Shown: positions 50,860 through 61,223 of the stretch, in pieces
How the letters are laid out: every line of letters begins with the position of its first letter
Numbering within the stretch: position 1 is the stretch's first letter
Source of the DNA: Meyerozyma guilliermondii
Taxonomy: Eukaryota
DNA: 64,000 bases
NCBI GenBank assembly: GCA_051546255.1
Contig: CP128817.1
Location: forward strand, 1,178,001-1,242,000
Reading direction: 5' to 3'
Translations under genes and position numbers: made by a program
The notes under the pieces: model-generated
What the model was told of the DNA's origin: nothing
The model's input: only the letters and a program-made list of their open reading frames with translations
Database searches by the model: none

Positions 50860-53673
50860 ATGTCATATCTAGACAACGTAGAGGCACCGAAAAACCATTT
50901 GGACGATGCAGATTTCGACTTTCTTGTGTCTCAGCTCTTTACCAAGGTTGATGGGGTCTCACATCAAAATCTTGGTGAGTTTCCAACAATTTCTTCAAAG
51001 AAAGTCTACGTTATAGAACAATTCATCAAGCAATGGAAGACGTTTATCGGTCCTGATATCATGCCAGCGGCTCCTCTCATATTTCCTAACAAAGCCAAGC
51101 GATTGTACTATATCAGAGATACCACCCTTGCTCGTTTAGTGGTTAAAATGTTGAAAATTTCACCTAAATCTCAAGACTACGATAAGCTATTCAAGTGGAA
51201 AAAACATTACCATGAATATAAACACCATCATAGACGAGACACCAGAAACTTGAAGTCGTTGCCGTTTATCATTGCCCAGATATACTCTGAAAGACGAGAT
51301 CCTGACAAAATAGTCAAGCCAACCATCAAGATTTCAGAGGTCAATAAAGTTCTCGAAACTTTGACCACAGATGAAGCATCCAAGTCAGCCCAACAAGTAG
51401 CAATTCTCGAGCCAGTGGTGGAGAAGCTCACTATAGAACAGTTGCGGTGGTTTTTCACTATTCTTCTCAAAATATCGACTCTTGGATCATTCGAAACTGC
51501 TTTCTTTGAACGATGGCATCCTGATGCTCCTCGCTTATATGGTCTTTGCAATAACTTGTCAAAAGTTTTTTGGCTCCTTACTGACCCCGAGGTTAGACTC
51601 ACAGATGATCAACTCACTATCCAGCCATTTTACCCTTTTCTTCCTCAGCTCTCACAGAAGGTTAACATATCGTACGAAAAGCTTTGTGCCAGAATGAACA
51701 ATGCATTTTATATCGAAGAAAAGATGGATGGTGATCGGATGATACTACACTTTCAAGACTCGAGATTCAAATTCTTTTCTAGGAGAACAAAGGATTATAC
51801 CCTTCTCTATGGAGCTAGTTTTCAAATAGGCTCATTGACAAAATATCTTACCGATGCCTTTCATCCAAGAGTGAAAAGTATCGTTCTAGATGGAGAAATG
51901 GTTGCCTGGGACTTTAAGCGAAAGGTTATTCTCCCCTTTGGGACTCTCAAGACTTCTGCTGTTCAAGAAGCTGTTCGGCAGTTTACCACAACGGACGTTT
52001 TTGAAGAACAATCTGCTTGGCCCTTATTTATTGTTTTTGACGTTCTTCATGTCAATGGAAAAAATTTAACAAACCACAAGCTTTCTTATCGCAAACAGCT
52101 TCTCCGAAGCTTGATCAATGAGATTCCTCATAAGTTTGAACTATTGCCATTAATGAAGGGTTCAGATCCTGATGATATCAAATTGGCCATCAAGAACGTG
52201 ATAAGCGATAGAGGCGAGGGTTTGGTCATAAAGAATGTTGATCTGAAGTACCACGTTGCCCAGCGTGACAATTCTTGGGTAAAAGTGAAACCAGAGTACT
52301 TGGAGCAATTTGGTGAAAATTTGGATTTGGTGATAATAGGCTTGATCCCTGCAGTGAAGAACTCGTACATGTGTGGATTGCGAGACAAGGAAAACGGCAA
52401 CGTTTTTAAATCGTTTTGCACTGTAGCCAATGGTTTTACAGAAGGTGAATTTGATCGACTTGAACGTCTAACTGCGGGAAAATGGAATAATTTGAAGACA
52501 AATCCACCACCTACGGATCTTATTCAATTTGGGCGCAAAAAACCCGATTTCTGGATCAACCCAAACGACTCTGTCGCTCTTGAAATTAAAGCAAGGTCAA
52601 TCGATGTGTCATTGGAGGAAACATATGCAGTGGGAACCACTTTGCACAATCTCTATTGTCGTCGTATAAGAGACGACAAACTAATTGAGGACTGCGTGAC
52701 GCTTCAAGAGTACCGTGAAATGAAGCTCAAGTACTCTAGTGACTTTAACAAATCACAAACTATTTTGCAAGGCAGAAAAAGAAAAGCAAATTCATTTTTA
52801 CTCGAGCAGGCATCGAAGCAAGTAAAAACTGAAGTAACTTCCAATTTATTCAGCAACTTTCAGTTCTTGATCCTATCTGATTGCAAGAAATCCAGAGACA
52901 ATGAACGTCTTTCGGTAGAAGATCTCAGTCGTATAGTGAAGCTGCATGGTGGAATGCTTATACGGAGCCATAAATTGGCCAAAGAACCTGATCGGCAAAC
53001 CATCGTCATATCTGAGGTAGCAATTCCTTCCACCGAGGCAATAGTAAACTATGGATTGGATATCTTGAAGCTGGTGTGGGTTTTCAATTGCATTGAAAGT
53101 AATGCCATAGTTCCTTTAGAGCCTTCTATGATCTTTCGAACGAGAAGTGTGGATCTACTCAAGAATTCTCTGGCACGACTAGATGTTTATGGCGACAGCT
53201 TCACACAGCGAGTTGATTTACCAATTGTTGAGTTTTGCAGACGCATTGAAAATCCACAATTAACTGACAATGACATCAAATGCGCTAAAGAAGAGTTCTT
53301 GCACGAATTGGGAGACAATCCTCCGTTGGCATTTCTATTCAATGATGTCAAATTCCTCATCGTGGCAGCTCACAATTGGGCTAAGGATGGGTTACGCCGC
53401 AAGGTTGAACGATATGGTGGACAAATTAGTGAAACTTTGGGAGACTGTTCTTTTGTAGTGGTTGCAAATGAAGAAGGTGATGAAACACTTGCGGCACGAA
53501 TTGATGTTATAAGTCACGATATTGCTGATTCGGTGTCGTTTTCCAACTCATCCAACTTGCCCATTCCCAGCATAGTCAAATCCAGCTTCATTGACCTGTG
53601 CATAGAACATAGGGTGCTCGTCGATGCAGCCGATTTCTCTATCGGCAGGAAATCGAAAATGCGAAAAAATTAG
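50860..53673 (+). CDS. DNL4: DNA ligase IV (NHEJ)
   Basis: Adenylation motif EEKMDGDR, LDGEMV, FDVL, EGLVIK, W.KVKPEY...GE.LDL, two C-terminal BRCT-like domains. Confidence 0.95.
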   Translation: MSYLDNVEAPKNHLDDADFDFLVSQLFTKVDGVSHQNLGEFPTISSKKVYVIEQFIKQWKTFIGPDIMPAAPLIFPNKAKRLYYIRDTTLARLVVKMLKISPKSQDYDKLFKWKKHYHEYKHHHRRDTRNLKSLPFIIAQIYSERRDPDKIVKPTIKISEVNKVLETLTTDEASKSAQQVAILEPVVEKLTIEQLRWFFTILLKISTLGSFETAFFERWHPDAPRLYGLCNNLSKVFWLLTDPEVRLTDDQLTIQPFYPFLPQLSQKVNISYEKLCARMNNAFYIEEKMDGDRMILHFQDSRFKFFSRRTKDYTLLYGASFQIGSLTKYLTDAFHPRVKSIVLDGEMVAWDFKRKVILPFGTLKTSAVQEAVRQFTTTDVFEEQSAWPLFIVFDVLHVNGKNLTNHKLSYRKQLLRSLINEIPHKFELLPLMKGSDPDDIKLAIKNVISDRGEGLVIKNVDLKYHVAQRDNSWVKVKPEYLEQFGENLDLVIIGLIPAVKNSYMCGLRDKENGNVFKSFCTVANGFTEGEFDRLERLTAGKWNNLKTNPPPTDLIQFGRKKPDFWINPNDSVALEIKARSIDVSLEETYAVGTTLHNLYCRRIRDDKLIEDCVTLQEYREMKLKYSSDFNKSQTILQGRKRKANSFLLEQASKQVKTEVTSNLFSNFQFLILSDCKKSRDNERLSVEDLSRIVKLHGGMLIRSHKLAKEPDRQTIVISEVAIPSTEAIVNYGLDILKLVWVFNCIESNAIVPLEPSMIFRTRSVDLLKNSLARLDVYGDSFTQRVDLPIVEFCRRIENPQLTDNDIKCAKEEFLHELGDNPPLAFLFNDVKFLIVAAHNWAKDGLRRKVERYGGQISETLGDCSFVVVANEEGDETLAARIDVISHDIADSVSFSNSSNLPIPSIVKSSFIDLCIEHRVLVDAADFSIGRKSKMRKN

Positions 53674-54010
53674 AGGGTATCTCCGAAATTGCCAAAAAGA
53701 TCCTGATCAGTGTTTTCATCTCGACGGAATATATCGCAGGTGAAGAACAGAATTCGCTGGAGCAGGTGTTGGACTTTGCGCCACTTTTTGCAGAATACGC
53801 TAGCTGCTAGGCTTTCGTGGTGATGTTGACCGAGATGCTCCTTCCTTTAAACATGGAGTCGTTCCTGCATATGTAACCCAAGCCTAGTACAAGTTCAAGC
53901 TTCACTTTCGCGGGGAACAACGAGATTTACTTTGAGGATTATAGTTATATCCGAAAACATCTTAACGGGCACTGCTTTCTTTTGCAAGTATCCCACTTGT
54001 CCTTATAAAT

Positions 54011-55021
54011 ATGCCCGACGTAGAAACCAGTAGTGACTATGATAGAGCAAAGGGAGAAGAAGAGCACATTTTACAACTACTGAACAAAAGAAAGATCGCT
54101 TATGCACATATTGGCCCTGAATATTCCCGAACAGTGATTGTTTTCTTTCACGGCCTCTTTGGAGTTGGCACAGCAACAAGCATTCCTCAACCATTTTTAG
54201 AACATGGAGGAGCACATTGGATTGCACCTACACTTCCAGGAATGGGCAACACCAGTTCTCGCGACTTATCAGTGCCTTACCATGTTTCGTTAGCTAGGGA
54301 TATAACGGAACTTTTGTCCCATTTCTATCCAACAGACGCCTACGATAAGCTTTATGTCGCTGGTGGATCTTATGGCACAGTTCAAGCACAGATGTTGTAC
54401 GGTGCGCCGTATGAATTGTTTCCGCCTGGTCGAAAAATTGCTGGTTGTCTCTTACTTTCAGGCTTCACTCCATTAAAGCACCATGTGGGGTACGAGAAAT
54501 GTCTTAGTTGGCAGAATTGGTTTTCGATAGGGCCTCCTACTAAAATACTTCCCTTCCATATGCTTCAATGGCTCTTCAGAGTAATTGTTGGATTTAATTT
54601 GAGGTCGGTGGATGGAGCAAAGAAATTTCTACACCAAACCCTTTTCCACAGGATGGATGATGATGAAAGATTGAAGTTGAAACAGTGGTTGCTAGATAAT
54701 GAGCTTAGTGAGGATGAGTTTGTGGAGAAAATGGCCCGCGGTGCAGTTAAGAGTTGCCATAATTGGGATGGTTTCATGGAGGTGTCTGATGTAATACATT
54801 CAGATTGGGGTTTCGAGCCGAAAACACTCGACGACCAACACGCATCCAAGCCAATATTGATAGTGGGATCAGAAGCCGACCAAATCGGTGGAAGCACTAA
54901 TGACTGGCTAGTAGACAACTATAAATCATCTAGTTTCCGCCTGGTGCCTGGTGGCCATATATCGTCTCTATTTTATATGGATGAGCTATGGCGAGAGTTG
55001 ATAAAATCGCTGAGTGAGTGA
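54011..55021 (+). CDS. Alpha/beta-fold hydrolase
   Basis: FFHG oxyanion motif, GGSYG nucleophile elbow, candidate Asp (EADQ) and His (PGGH). Confidence 0.8.
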   Translation: MPDVETSSDYDRAKGEEEHILQLLNKRKIAYAHIGPEYSRTVIVFFHGLFGVGTATSIPQPFLEHGGAHWIAPTLPGMGNTSSRDLSVPYHVSLARDITELLSHFYPTDAYDKLYVAGGSYGTVQAQMLYGAPYELFPPGRKIAGCLLLSGFTPLKHHVGYEKCLSWQNWFSIGPPTKILPFHMLQWLFRVIVGFNLRSVDGAKKFLHQTLFHRMDDDERLKLKQWLLDNELSEDEFVEKMARGAVKSCHNWDGFMEVSDVIHSDWGFEPKTLDDQHASKPILIVGSEADQIGGSTNDWLVDNYKSSSFRLVPGGHISSLFYMDELWRELIKSLSE

Positions 55022-55785
55022 TAACAATATGAGTTAAAAACATGTGAACCATGTACACCTTGCTTGTCCCGATGTTTGTATTGCATGCTGGACAATGCAC
55101 AAAGGTATACGGACGACTTATTAGCAAATCTCATGTATGCCTCGCGGCTGCGAAAACTAACAAGAAAACGGTGTGACACCAAAATCACTACAGTGCTATC
55201 GTCTACCAGGAACTTTGAGAGCACGATCTTTCCTATGGGCTCCCTGCCAAAACATAAGACGTTTACTGTTAAATTTTCAAGAACTGCAAATTTCTCGCAA
55301 CTATAAAGCTGATAAGAGAAACAGTAATTACCCTTAGGGAATTTACAAATTGACCGGAATGTACTTCGGCTGCCAGTAATGGGCCGGCTGAAGATAAAGA
55401 GGACTCAGCCATTGTAGTATATTGTTGTTCCTGCTGCCATTCTACGTGATTATTTCATCTATTCTCGAAATGATGTAAGTTTCACGCGCGAAATTGAATA
55501 GCTGCCCAGCGAGTTCCGTTCCACCTGTGCGAAAATCGCAATATATTCCGCGCCATCGAGACGAAAAACACTGTATGCAATGAATAACATTGGTGGTTGA
55601 CCAGTGCAAAATGATTCAGATCTTGATTCAGATCGTGTGAAGTCAATTAACCGGTGCTCCGGCTTCTCGTTTCACGCGCGAGATCCGATTTGTGGGGTAC
55701 TGATAAGGTGCGAAGCAATCGAATTTCCGGCGTGCCGGAACAACAACTATATTATAACACACCAAATTTCCTTTTCTTTCCAATA

Positions 55786-57335
55786 ATGTTCGAGGATCGT
55801 CTAACAAAAGGATTGGTATGGGCCACGATTGTAGCTGGATTAGGAACTTTTCAGTTTGGTTACCATTTGGTACGTATTTCATTTGCATGAATTTTTCACC
55901 ACCGGCTCTAACAAAGGCTGAACTCAATGCACCAGAAGATATCATTACTTGTGCTATTACCCGCCACGGACCACTTCCTCACTATTCAGATACATTCTGG
56001 GCACATCATGGCCGAGAAACTTGCATAGATATGGGGCATATGGGGGTTGCTATGATGACGACAATGTTCACGGTTGGCGGTTTTGTGGCATCAATATTGG
56101 CAGGTTCTTCATATGTTTCAGCCAATGTTGGACGTAGGTCCATGTGCATGCTAAGCTCTTCCATGTATGTTGTTGGTTCTGCCCTTATTATGTGGGCAAA
56201 TAGTCTTTTAGCAATTTGCATTGGCCGGTTTATTGCTGGATTAGGAGCAGGCTCTTCGTTGGTTATGGGTCCATTGCTCATCAGCGAGTTAACTCCTCCC
56301 AATCATCGTGGTTTATTGGGGTCTTTGGTACAATTGGCCGTTGCAATTGGAATATTATCGGCACAATTGGTGTCGTACGTTTTCGCTAATAATCAGCAAT
56401 GGAGACTAATTTTCTTCGTTGCAACTATTATGGGACTTGTTCAGTTTGTCGCCTTGTTCACCACTCATGAATCTCCCAAGTGGATGGTTATGAATACGGG
56501 TGATGTTCATGGTGCTACGTCAATTCTCCACGACTTGAGATCCACACGGCTGCGAGCTCAAAGAGAGCTTAAACATTATCGTCGTCTTTCCAAGGTGGTT
56601 GATGATGAAGAAGCAACGACTGAGCAGTCTCCCCTAGTAGCCTCGAGAGAACCGACTACAAGTGAGTCTGGTAGTTCTCAAGTCGCAAATGCCGAAGAAC
56701 CAACAGAACCGGTTCATGCTACACCTTTCGAATTTATGACCTCACTGGAATACTGGCCCCAGTTTCGTGCTGTTGCGCTTCTTCTTACGGGACAGCAGCT
56801 CTGTGGAATGAATGGAATCACCTTTTATGGGGTATCTTTCCTTTCTCCCATTTTCAAAGATCCATTGATGATTGCTTGTTCAATTTCTTTATGCAACGTT
56901 ATTTGTGCAATTGCAGTGTCGCCTGTAGTTGATAGGTGGGGCCGAAAACCTTTGGTGTTACTTTCCGTGGTTACCATGAGCATTTGTGCATTCGCTATTG
57001 CTATAGGAATGCAGTTTCAGATTGAAGCTGTGGTTGCAATTGCTTGTTTTGGGTTTGTTGCTGGATATTCTGCGGGAATGGCACCAATTCCGTTTTTGAT
57101 GATATCCGAATTGGCACATCATGAATCTGTGGGAGCAGCACAGGCAGTTGGAGGTGCCTTAAACTGGTTAGCAAATATCTCACTTGCGTATTTTTTTCCA
57201 TTGGTAGAAGCCAAATTGGGAGGTTGTATTTTTTATGGGTTTTCTGCAATTAGTGCTGGTTATGCCATTTCAATTGCGCTATATGTTCCAGAAACTCATG
57301 GTAAGTCCCACGAAGAGGTATGGGATAGCATATAG
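55786..57335 (+). CDS. MFS sugar-porter-family transporter (Vps73/Ybr241c-like), two exons 55786-55869 and 55917-57335
   Basis: Splicing joins ...GTFQFGYHL|AELNAP..., the conserved family motif. GRR, ISEL.P...RG, ESP.W, QQLCG.N, DRWGRK and PET.GK signatures. Confidence 0.88.
55870..55916 (+). other. 47-nt spliceosomal intron
   Basis: GTACGT donor, CTCTAAC branch-like site, AAG acceptor; removal restores the frame and a conserved motif. Confidence 0.85.
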
Positions 57336-57536
57336 AGTATAGAGTTTACATCTGGTGCACACCTTCACTCACATGTACCTGCATAAATTGACGTAAATTA
57401 GCCCCACTGAACCGCGTAGTACTGCCCCATTGTCCTTACCTAAGCAGACCGTGTGCTTGCGGAGGTGAAATTCGGAAGAATTCCAGTCATCAAAAACTAG
57501 ACTCCAAACTAGTAAGCAAAAGTTCAAAACAGCAAA

Positions 57537-58433
57537 ATGGTCAATTACAAAACCTGGATGAAGGACATCGACGACAACGTCAGCCTTGGAAAATTGGCAA
57601 TTCCTGGAACCCACAATTCTGCCGCTTGTCACACTGCTCTTCCTTCGGTTCAATGTCAAGGAGAGTCTGTTACGGATCAATTGGAACATGGTGTGAGGTT
57701 CTTGGACATTAGAGTCGCCAAAAAGTTCTTGAGCGAAGGAGAAGCCGCCAAAGACTTGCAAGTTATCCATGGAAAATTTCCAGTGAAAATTCCATTTCCT
57801 TTGATGTTCCTGGATGTTTTGGACGAAGTTTATGATTTTCTTGCTAAAAACAAGTCGGAAACCGTTTTTGTGTCATTGAAGCAGGAAGGTCAAGACACCT
57901 GGGACAATGACAAGGATGAGTTTGGCAATTGTATTTGGGACCGTTATGTGAACAAGAACAAGGACAAATGGTACCTCAACAACAATATTCCCAGATTGGG
58001 CGACGCCCGTGGTAAAGTGATTTTGTTCAGACGTTTTGGTGTTAGGAACGAAGACAGAGCCAGAGAATTCGGATTCAATGCTCAAAGCTGGAACTACAAC
58101 ACCACTGAAGATGATCGTGGTTCATTCGTCGTGCAAGATTTCTGCGAACTTGAAAGCAAGGATGACGTTGAAAAGAAGATTGGTTATGTCAAGAACTTGA
58201 CCAAGCGTGCCGCTGACTATAACAGTAGCAACAGCGACCCCAAATTGTTCATCAACTTTTGTTCCGGTTCCAATTTCTTTAACACCGACTGCTGGCCCCA
58301 GAAAATCTCCGAGGCTATGGCTGAAGGAGGTGTTGATGGAGTGTTCAGCAAGGGTGCTGGTATTGTTGTGATGGACTACGTTGAGGCCAACGACTGGAAG
58401 TTGGTGAAGGATTTGGTAAACAAGAACTTTTAG
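57537..58433 (+). CDS. PLC2: Bacterial-type phosphatidylinositol-specific phospholipase C (Candida Plc2/Plc3-like)
   Basis: WM..I.D...L.KL.IPGTHNS, QL..GVRFLDIR, V.HG, FL..N.SETV..S.K.E, P.LGDARGK.ILFRRF, G.V.MDY. Confidence 0.85.
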   Translation: MVNYKTWMKDIDDNVSLGKLAIPGTHNSAACHTALPSVQCQGESVTDQLEHGVRFLDIRVAKKFLSEGEAAKDLQVIHGKFPVKIPFPLMFLDVLDEVYDFLAKNKSETVFVSLKQEGQDTWDNDKDEFGNCIWDRYVNKNKDKWYLNNNIPRLGDARGKVILFRRFGVRNEDRAREFGFNAQSWNYNTTEDDRGSFVVQDFCELESKDDVEKKIGYVKNLTKRAADYNSSNSDPKLFINFCSGSNFFNTDCWPQKISEAMAEGGVDGVFSKGAGIVVMDYVEANDWKLVKDLVNKNF

Positions 58434-58507
58434 TTATGAATAGTACTAATATGTCTCTTAAATTTCGCAGCCGAAGTGCGATTTCGGTCGCACTCGTTGA
58501 CCAGCTA

Positions 58508-59758
58508 ATGTTCGCTACTACCATTGCTATAGCTCGAGGGATCCGTTTGTGTGCTGGACGATCCCAATATCTTGCTGCAACGTGTACCCCTAGTAGATTT
58601 GTGAATAAATTTCAAGTTCGATCCAGCTCAAACTCCAAAAATATCGATGATAAATTACAGACCATTATAGACTCCAGCAATTTGGGAGCTGTAAAGAAGC
58701 AAAACGAAGCCAATAACAAATCCAGGAATGCCTCAGACACTGTCAATGACACCAATACTGCCATACCTTCTTCCAGTGAAACTTTTCACCAAGCAAATGC
58801 CGACGAGCACACCATCTCCGAGTCAACAAAGCGTGCTATTCTAGCTGAAAATCCCACATTGCCGCTGCAGCGTGAGAGATTAAGAACGGAAACCTCCAAG
58901 CGCATCGAGACGTATCTCGAATCGCTTCAAAAGACAATTTTCCGTGCTACACGAACGTTAAATGATGCCACTGGATATTCGTCAATTGAAGGTTTGAAAA
59001 ATGAAGTTGAAAAACTTGAAATTGAGCTCCGTAGGGCAAAGACTACCGTCAAGGAGTGTAAAAAAGCATATACCGATGCCATTCTGGTTCGGTCGCAACT
59101 GCAGCAAGAAGTCAACGAATTGCTCACTCGCAAGCACAACTGGAGTCCTCTGGATCTCGAAAGATTCACAGAATTATACCGGAACGACCATACAAATGAA
59201 CAGCTTGAAGCAGAAGCAGCAAGGAAGCTAACGGATGCTGAGCTGAAAGTGGACTCAATACAATTGAAACTCACTCAACTGATACTCACGAGGTACCATG
59301 AAGAACAGATTTGGTCCGATAAAATTCGAAGTGCGTCAACATGGGGGACATGGGTCATCATGGGGATCAATGTTCTCTTGTTCTTTGTGGCCACGCTCAT
59401 TGTGGAGCCATGGAAAAGAAAACGGTTGGTTGCTTCATTTGAAGACAAAGTGAAGGTTGCAATTTCGGAAGTCAATTTGCTGAACACAGACCTGGTGGTT
59501 GAAAAAAATACAATACCAGCTCCTGAAGCTTCTGCCTTGAATGAGACTCTGTTTTCTAGCCAAATTTCATTAGAGCCTAGTCTCTTGTCATTATCATGGC
59601 TGCAATGGACATGGACAAAATTCTCCAACTACGTAAAATCTACAACATCCAGGGTTCTTTACGGAAATGGGGAGATACAGGCTATCGACGCCAGGCTTCT
59701 TCTTGTCATATCTACATTTTTAGGGTGCATCTTAGGCAATATCTTGTCTGGTCGTTAG
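58508..59758 (+). CDS. SHE9: Mitochondrial inner-membrane protein She9/Mdm33
   Basis: LND.TGYS.IE.LK, EVNELL.RKH.W...DLERF..LY..DH, RYHEEQIWSDKIR..STWGT, EPWKR.RL. Start probably ATG 58508 (upstream ATGs at 58436 and 58451). Confidence 0.93.
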   Translation: MFATTIAIARGIRLCAGRSQYLAATCTPSRFVNKFQVRSSSNSKNIDDKLQTIIDSSNLGAVKKQNEANNKSRNASDTVNDTNTAIPSSSETFHQANADEHTISESTKRAILAENPTLPLQRERLRTETSKRIETYLESLQKTIFRATRTLNDATGYSSIEGLKNEVEKLEIELRRAKTTVKECKKAYTDAILVRSQLQQEVNELLTRKHNWSPLDLERFTELYRNDHTNEQLEAEAARKLTDAELKVDSIQLKLTQLILTRYHEEQIWSDKIRSASTWGTWVIMGINVLLFFVATLIVEPWKRKRLVASFEDKVKVAISEVNLLNTDLVVEKNTIPAPEASALNETLFSSQISLEPSLLSLSWLQWTWTKFSNYVKSTTSRVLYGNGEIQAIDARLLLVISTFLGCILGNILSGR

Positions 59759-59886
59759 CTATCAGAAACTCGCATCCACTCACCAGCACCTGTGGTTACC
59801 CGCACACGCCACCTTCATAACTCCAACTCTCAACTGGTGCGAACAGATCCGATACTACCCACCGTATTTTAGCATAATATATAAAT

Positions 59887-61140
59887 ATGGAAGAACTTGG
59901 AATCCATGACGGTGGCTCGGTGGCCATCCAGCGGCCTTCAGCTCCGTTTGCAGAATTGCCTAAACACGCCGGTGCCGATGAAAATGCCGACGTATATTTG
60001 AAGCTCAAGAAGTTGGAGAAAGAGTTGGATTTGCTTCTCCTCCAAGAAGATTACATCAAAGACGAACAGCGCCATCTCAAGCGCGAGCTCGTAAGAGCGC
60101 AGGAAGAGGTCAAGCGTATTAAATCTGTGCCATTAGTCATCGGGCAGTTTTTGGAACCAGTCGACGAGGACAGCGGAATTGTGTCGTCGACCACAGGTTC
60201 GAACTATGTGGTTAGAATTCTTTCCACGTTAGACCGTGAACTTCTCAAACCTTCATCCTCAGTCGCTTTGCACCGTCACTCCAATGCATTGGTTGATATT
60301 CTCCCTCCAGAAGCTGACTCCTCAATTTCCATCGTGGGCGACGACCAGAAACCAGATGTCACCTACGCCGATGTCGGAGGATTGGACATGCAAAAGCAAG
60401 AAATAAGAGAAGCGGTTGAGTTGCCACTTACTCAGGGTGACCTCTACTCGCAAATTGGTATCGATCCTCCCCGCGGTGTCTTGTTATATGGACCTCCCGG
60501 AACCGGTAAAACCATGTTGGTGAAAGCAGTCGCCAACTCGTCCACAGCATCGTTCATTAGAATTAATGGATCAGAATTCGTGCAAAAGTACCTCGGAGAA
60601 GGTCCCAGAATGGTACGAGACGTTTTCCGTCTCGCTCGTGAAAACGCTCCAGCCATCATATTCATAGATGAAATCGATGCAATCGCAACCAAGAGATTCG
60701 ATGCCCAGACTGGTGCTGATCGTGAAGTCCAAAGAATCTTATTGGAATTGTTGAATCAAATGGATGGTTTCGACCAATCCTCCACCGTCAAGGTAATCAT
60801 GGCAACTAATAGAGCCGACACCCTCGATCCTGCCTTATTGCGCCCTGGTAGGTTGGACAGAAAAATCGAGTTCCCTTCGTTGAAAGACAGGCGTGAGAGA
60901 AGATTGATTTTCACAACCATTGCTTCCAAGATGGCTTTAGCTCCTGAAGTCGATTTGGACTCTCTCATTGTCAGAAACGACCCCCTTTCCGGTGCGGTCA
61001 TTGCAGCTATCATGCAAGAAGCAGGTTTGAGAGCGGTGAGAAAGAACAGGTATATGATCTTGCAAAGCGATTTGGAAGAAGCATATACATCCCAGGTCAA
61101 GACAGGTACTGAGCACGACAAATTCGACTTTTACAAGTGA
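59887..61140 (+). CDS. RPT3: 26S proteasome AAA-ATPase Rpt3
   Basis: [39 protein letters not shown]-terminal HbYX tail DFYK. Confidence 0.97.
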   Translation: MEELGIHDGGSVAIQRPSAPFAELPKHAGADENADVYLKLKKLEKELDLLLLQEDYIKDEQRHLKRELVRAQEEVKRIKSVPLVIGQFLEPVDEDSGIVSSTTGSNYVVRILSTLDRELLKPSSSVALHRHSNALVDILPPEADSSISIVGDDQKPDVTYADVGGLDMQKQEIREAVELPLTQGDLYSQIGIDPPRGVLLYGPPGTGKTMLVKAVANSSTASFIRINGSEFVQKYLGEGPRMVRDVFRLARENAPAIIFIDEIDAIATKRFDAQTGADREVQRILLELLNQMDGFDQSSTVKVIMATNRADTLDPALLRPGRLDRKIEFPSLKDRRERRLIFTTIASKMALAPEVDLDSLIVRNDPLSGAVIAAIMQEAGLRAVRKNRYMILQSDLEEAYTSQVKTGTEHDKFDFYK

Positions 61141-61223
61141 ATTTTTGTGGTTCAGAAAATGTACGATACATGTAATACTAGTTTATTACTATGCTAGATC
61201 ATAAGAAACGAGTCTTCATGATG

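Noticed and set aside
53674..54010. Possible gene relic between DNL4 and the hydrolase
   Set aside because: Only a short ATG-less open stretch of about 40-45 codons, with no recognisable similarity.
1132..59758. Apparent functional clustering of mitochondrial genes (MIX23, SOD2, UGO1, MDM32, DLD1, SHE9) and trafficking genes (DID2, VPS17, TLG1, TRS31, VRL1)
   Set aside because: Both categories are large, the genes are interspersed with unrelated loci, and the order is explained by ancestral synteny.
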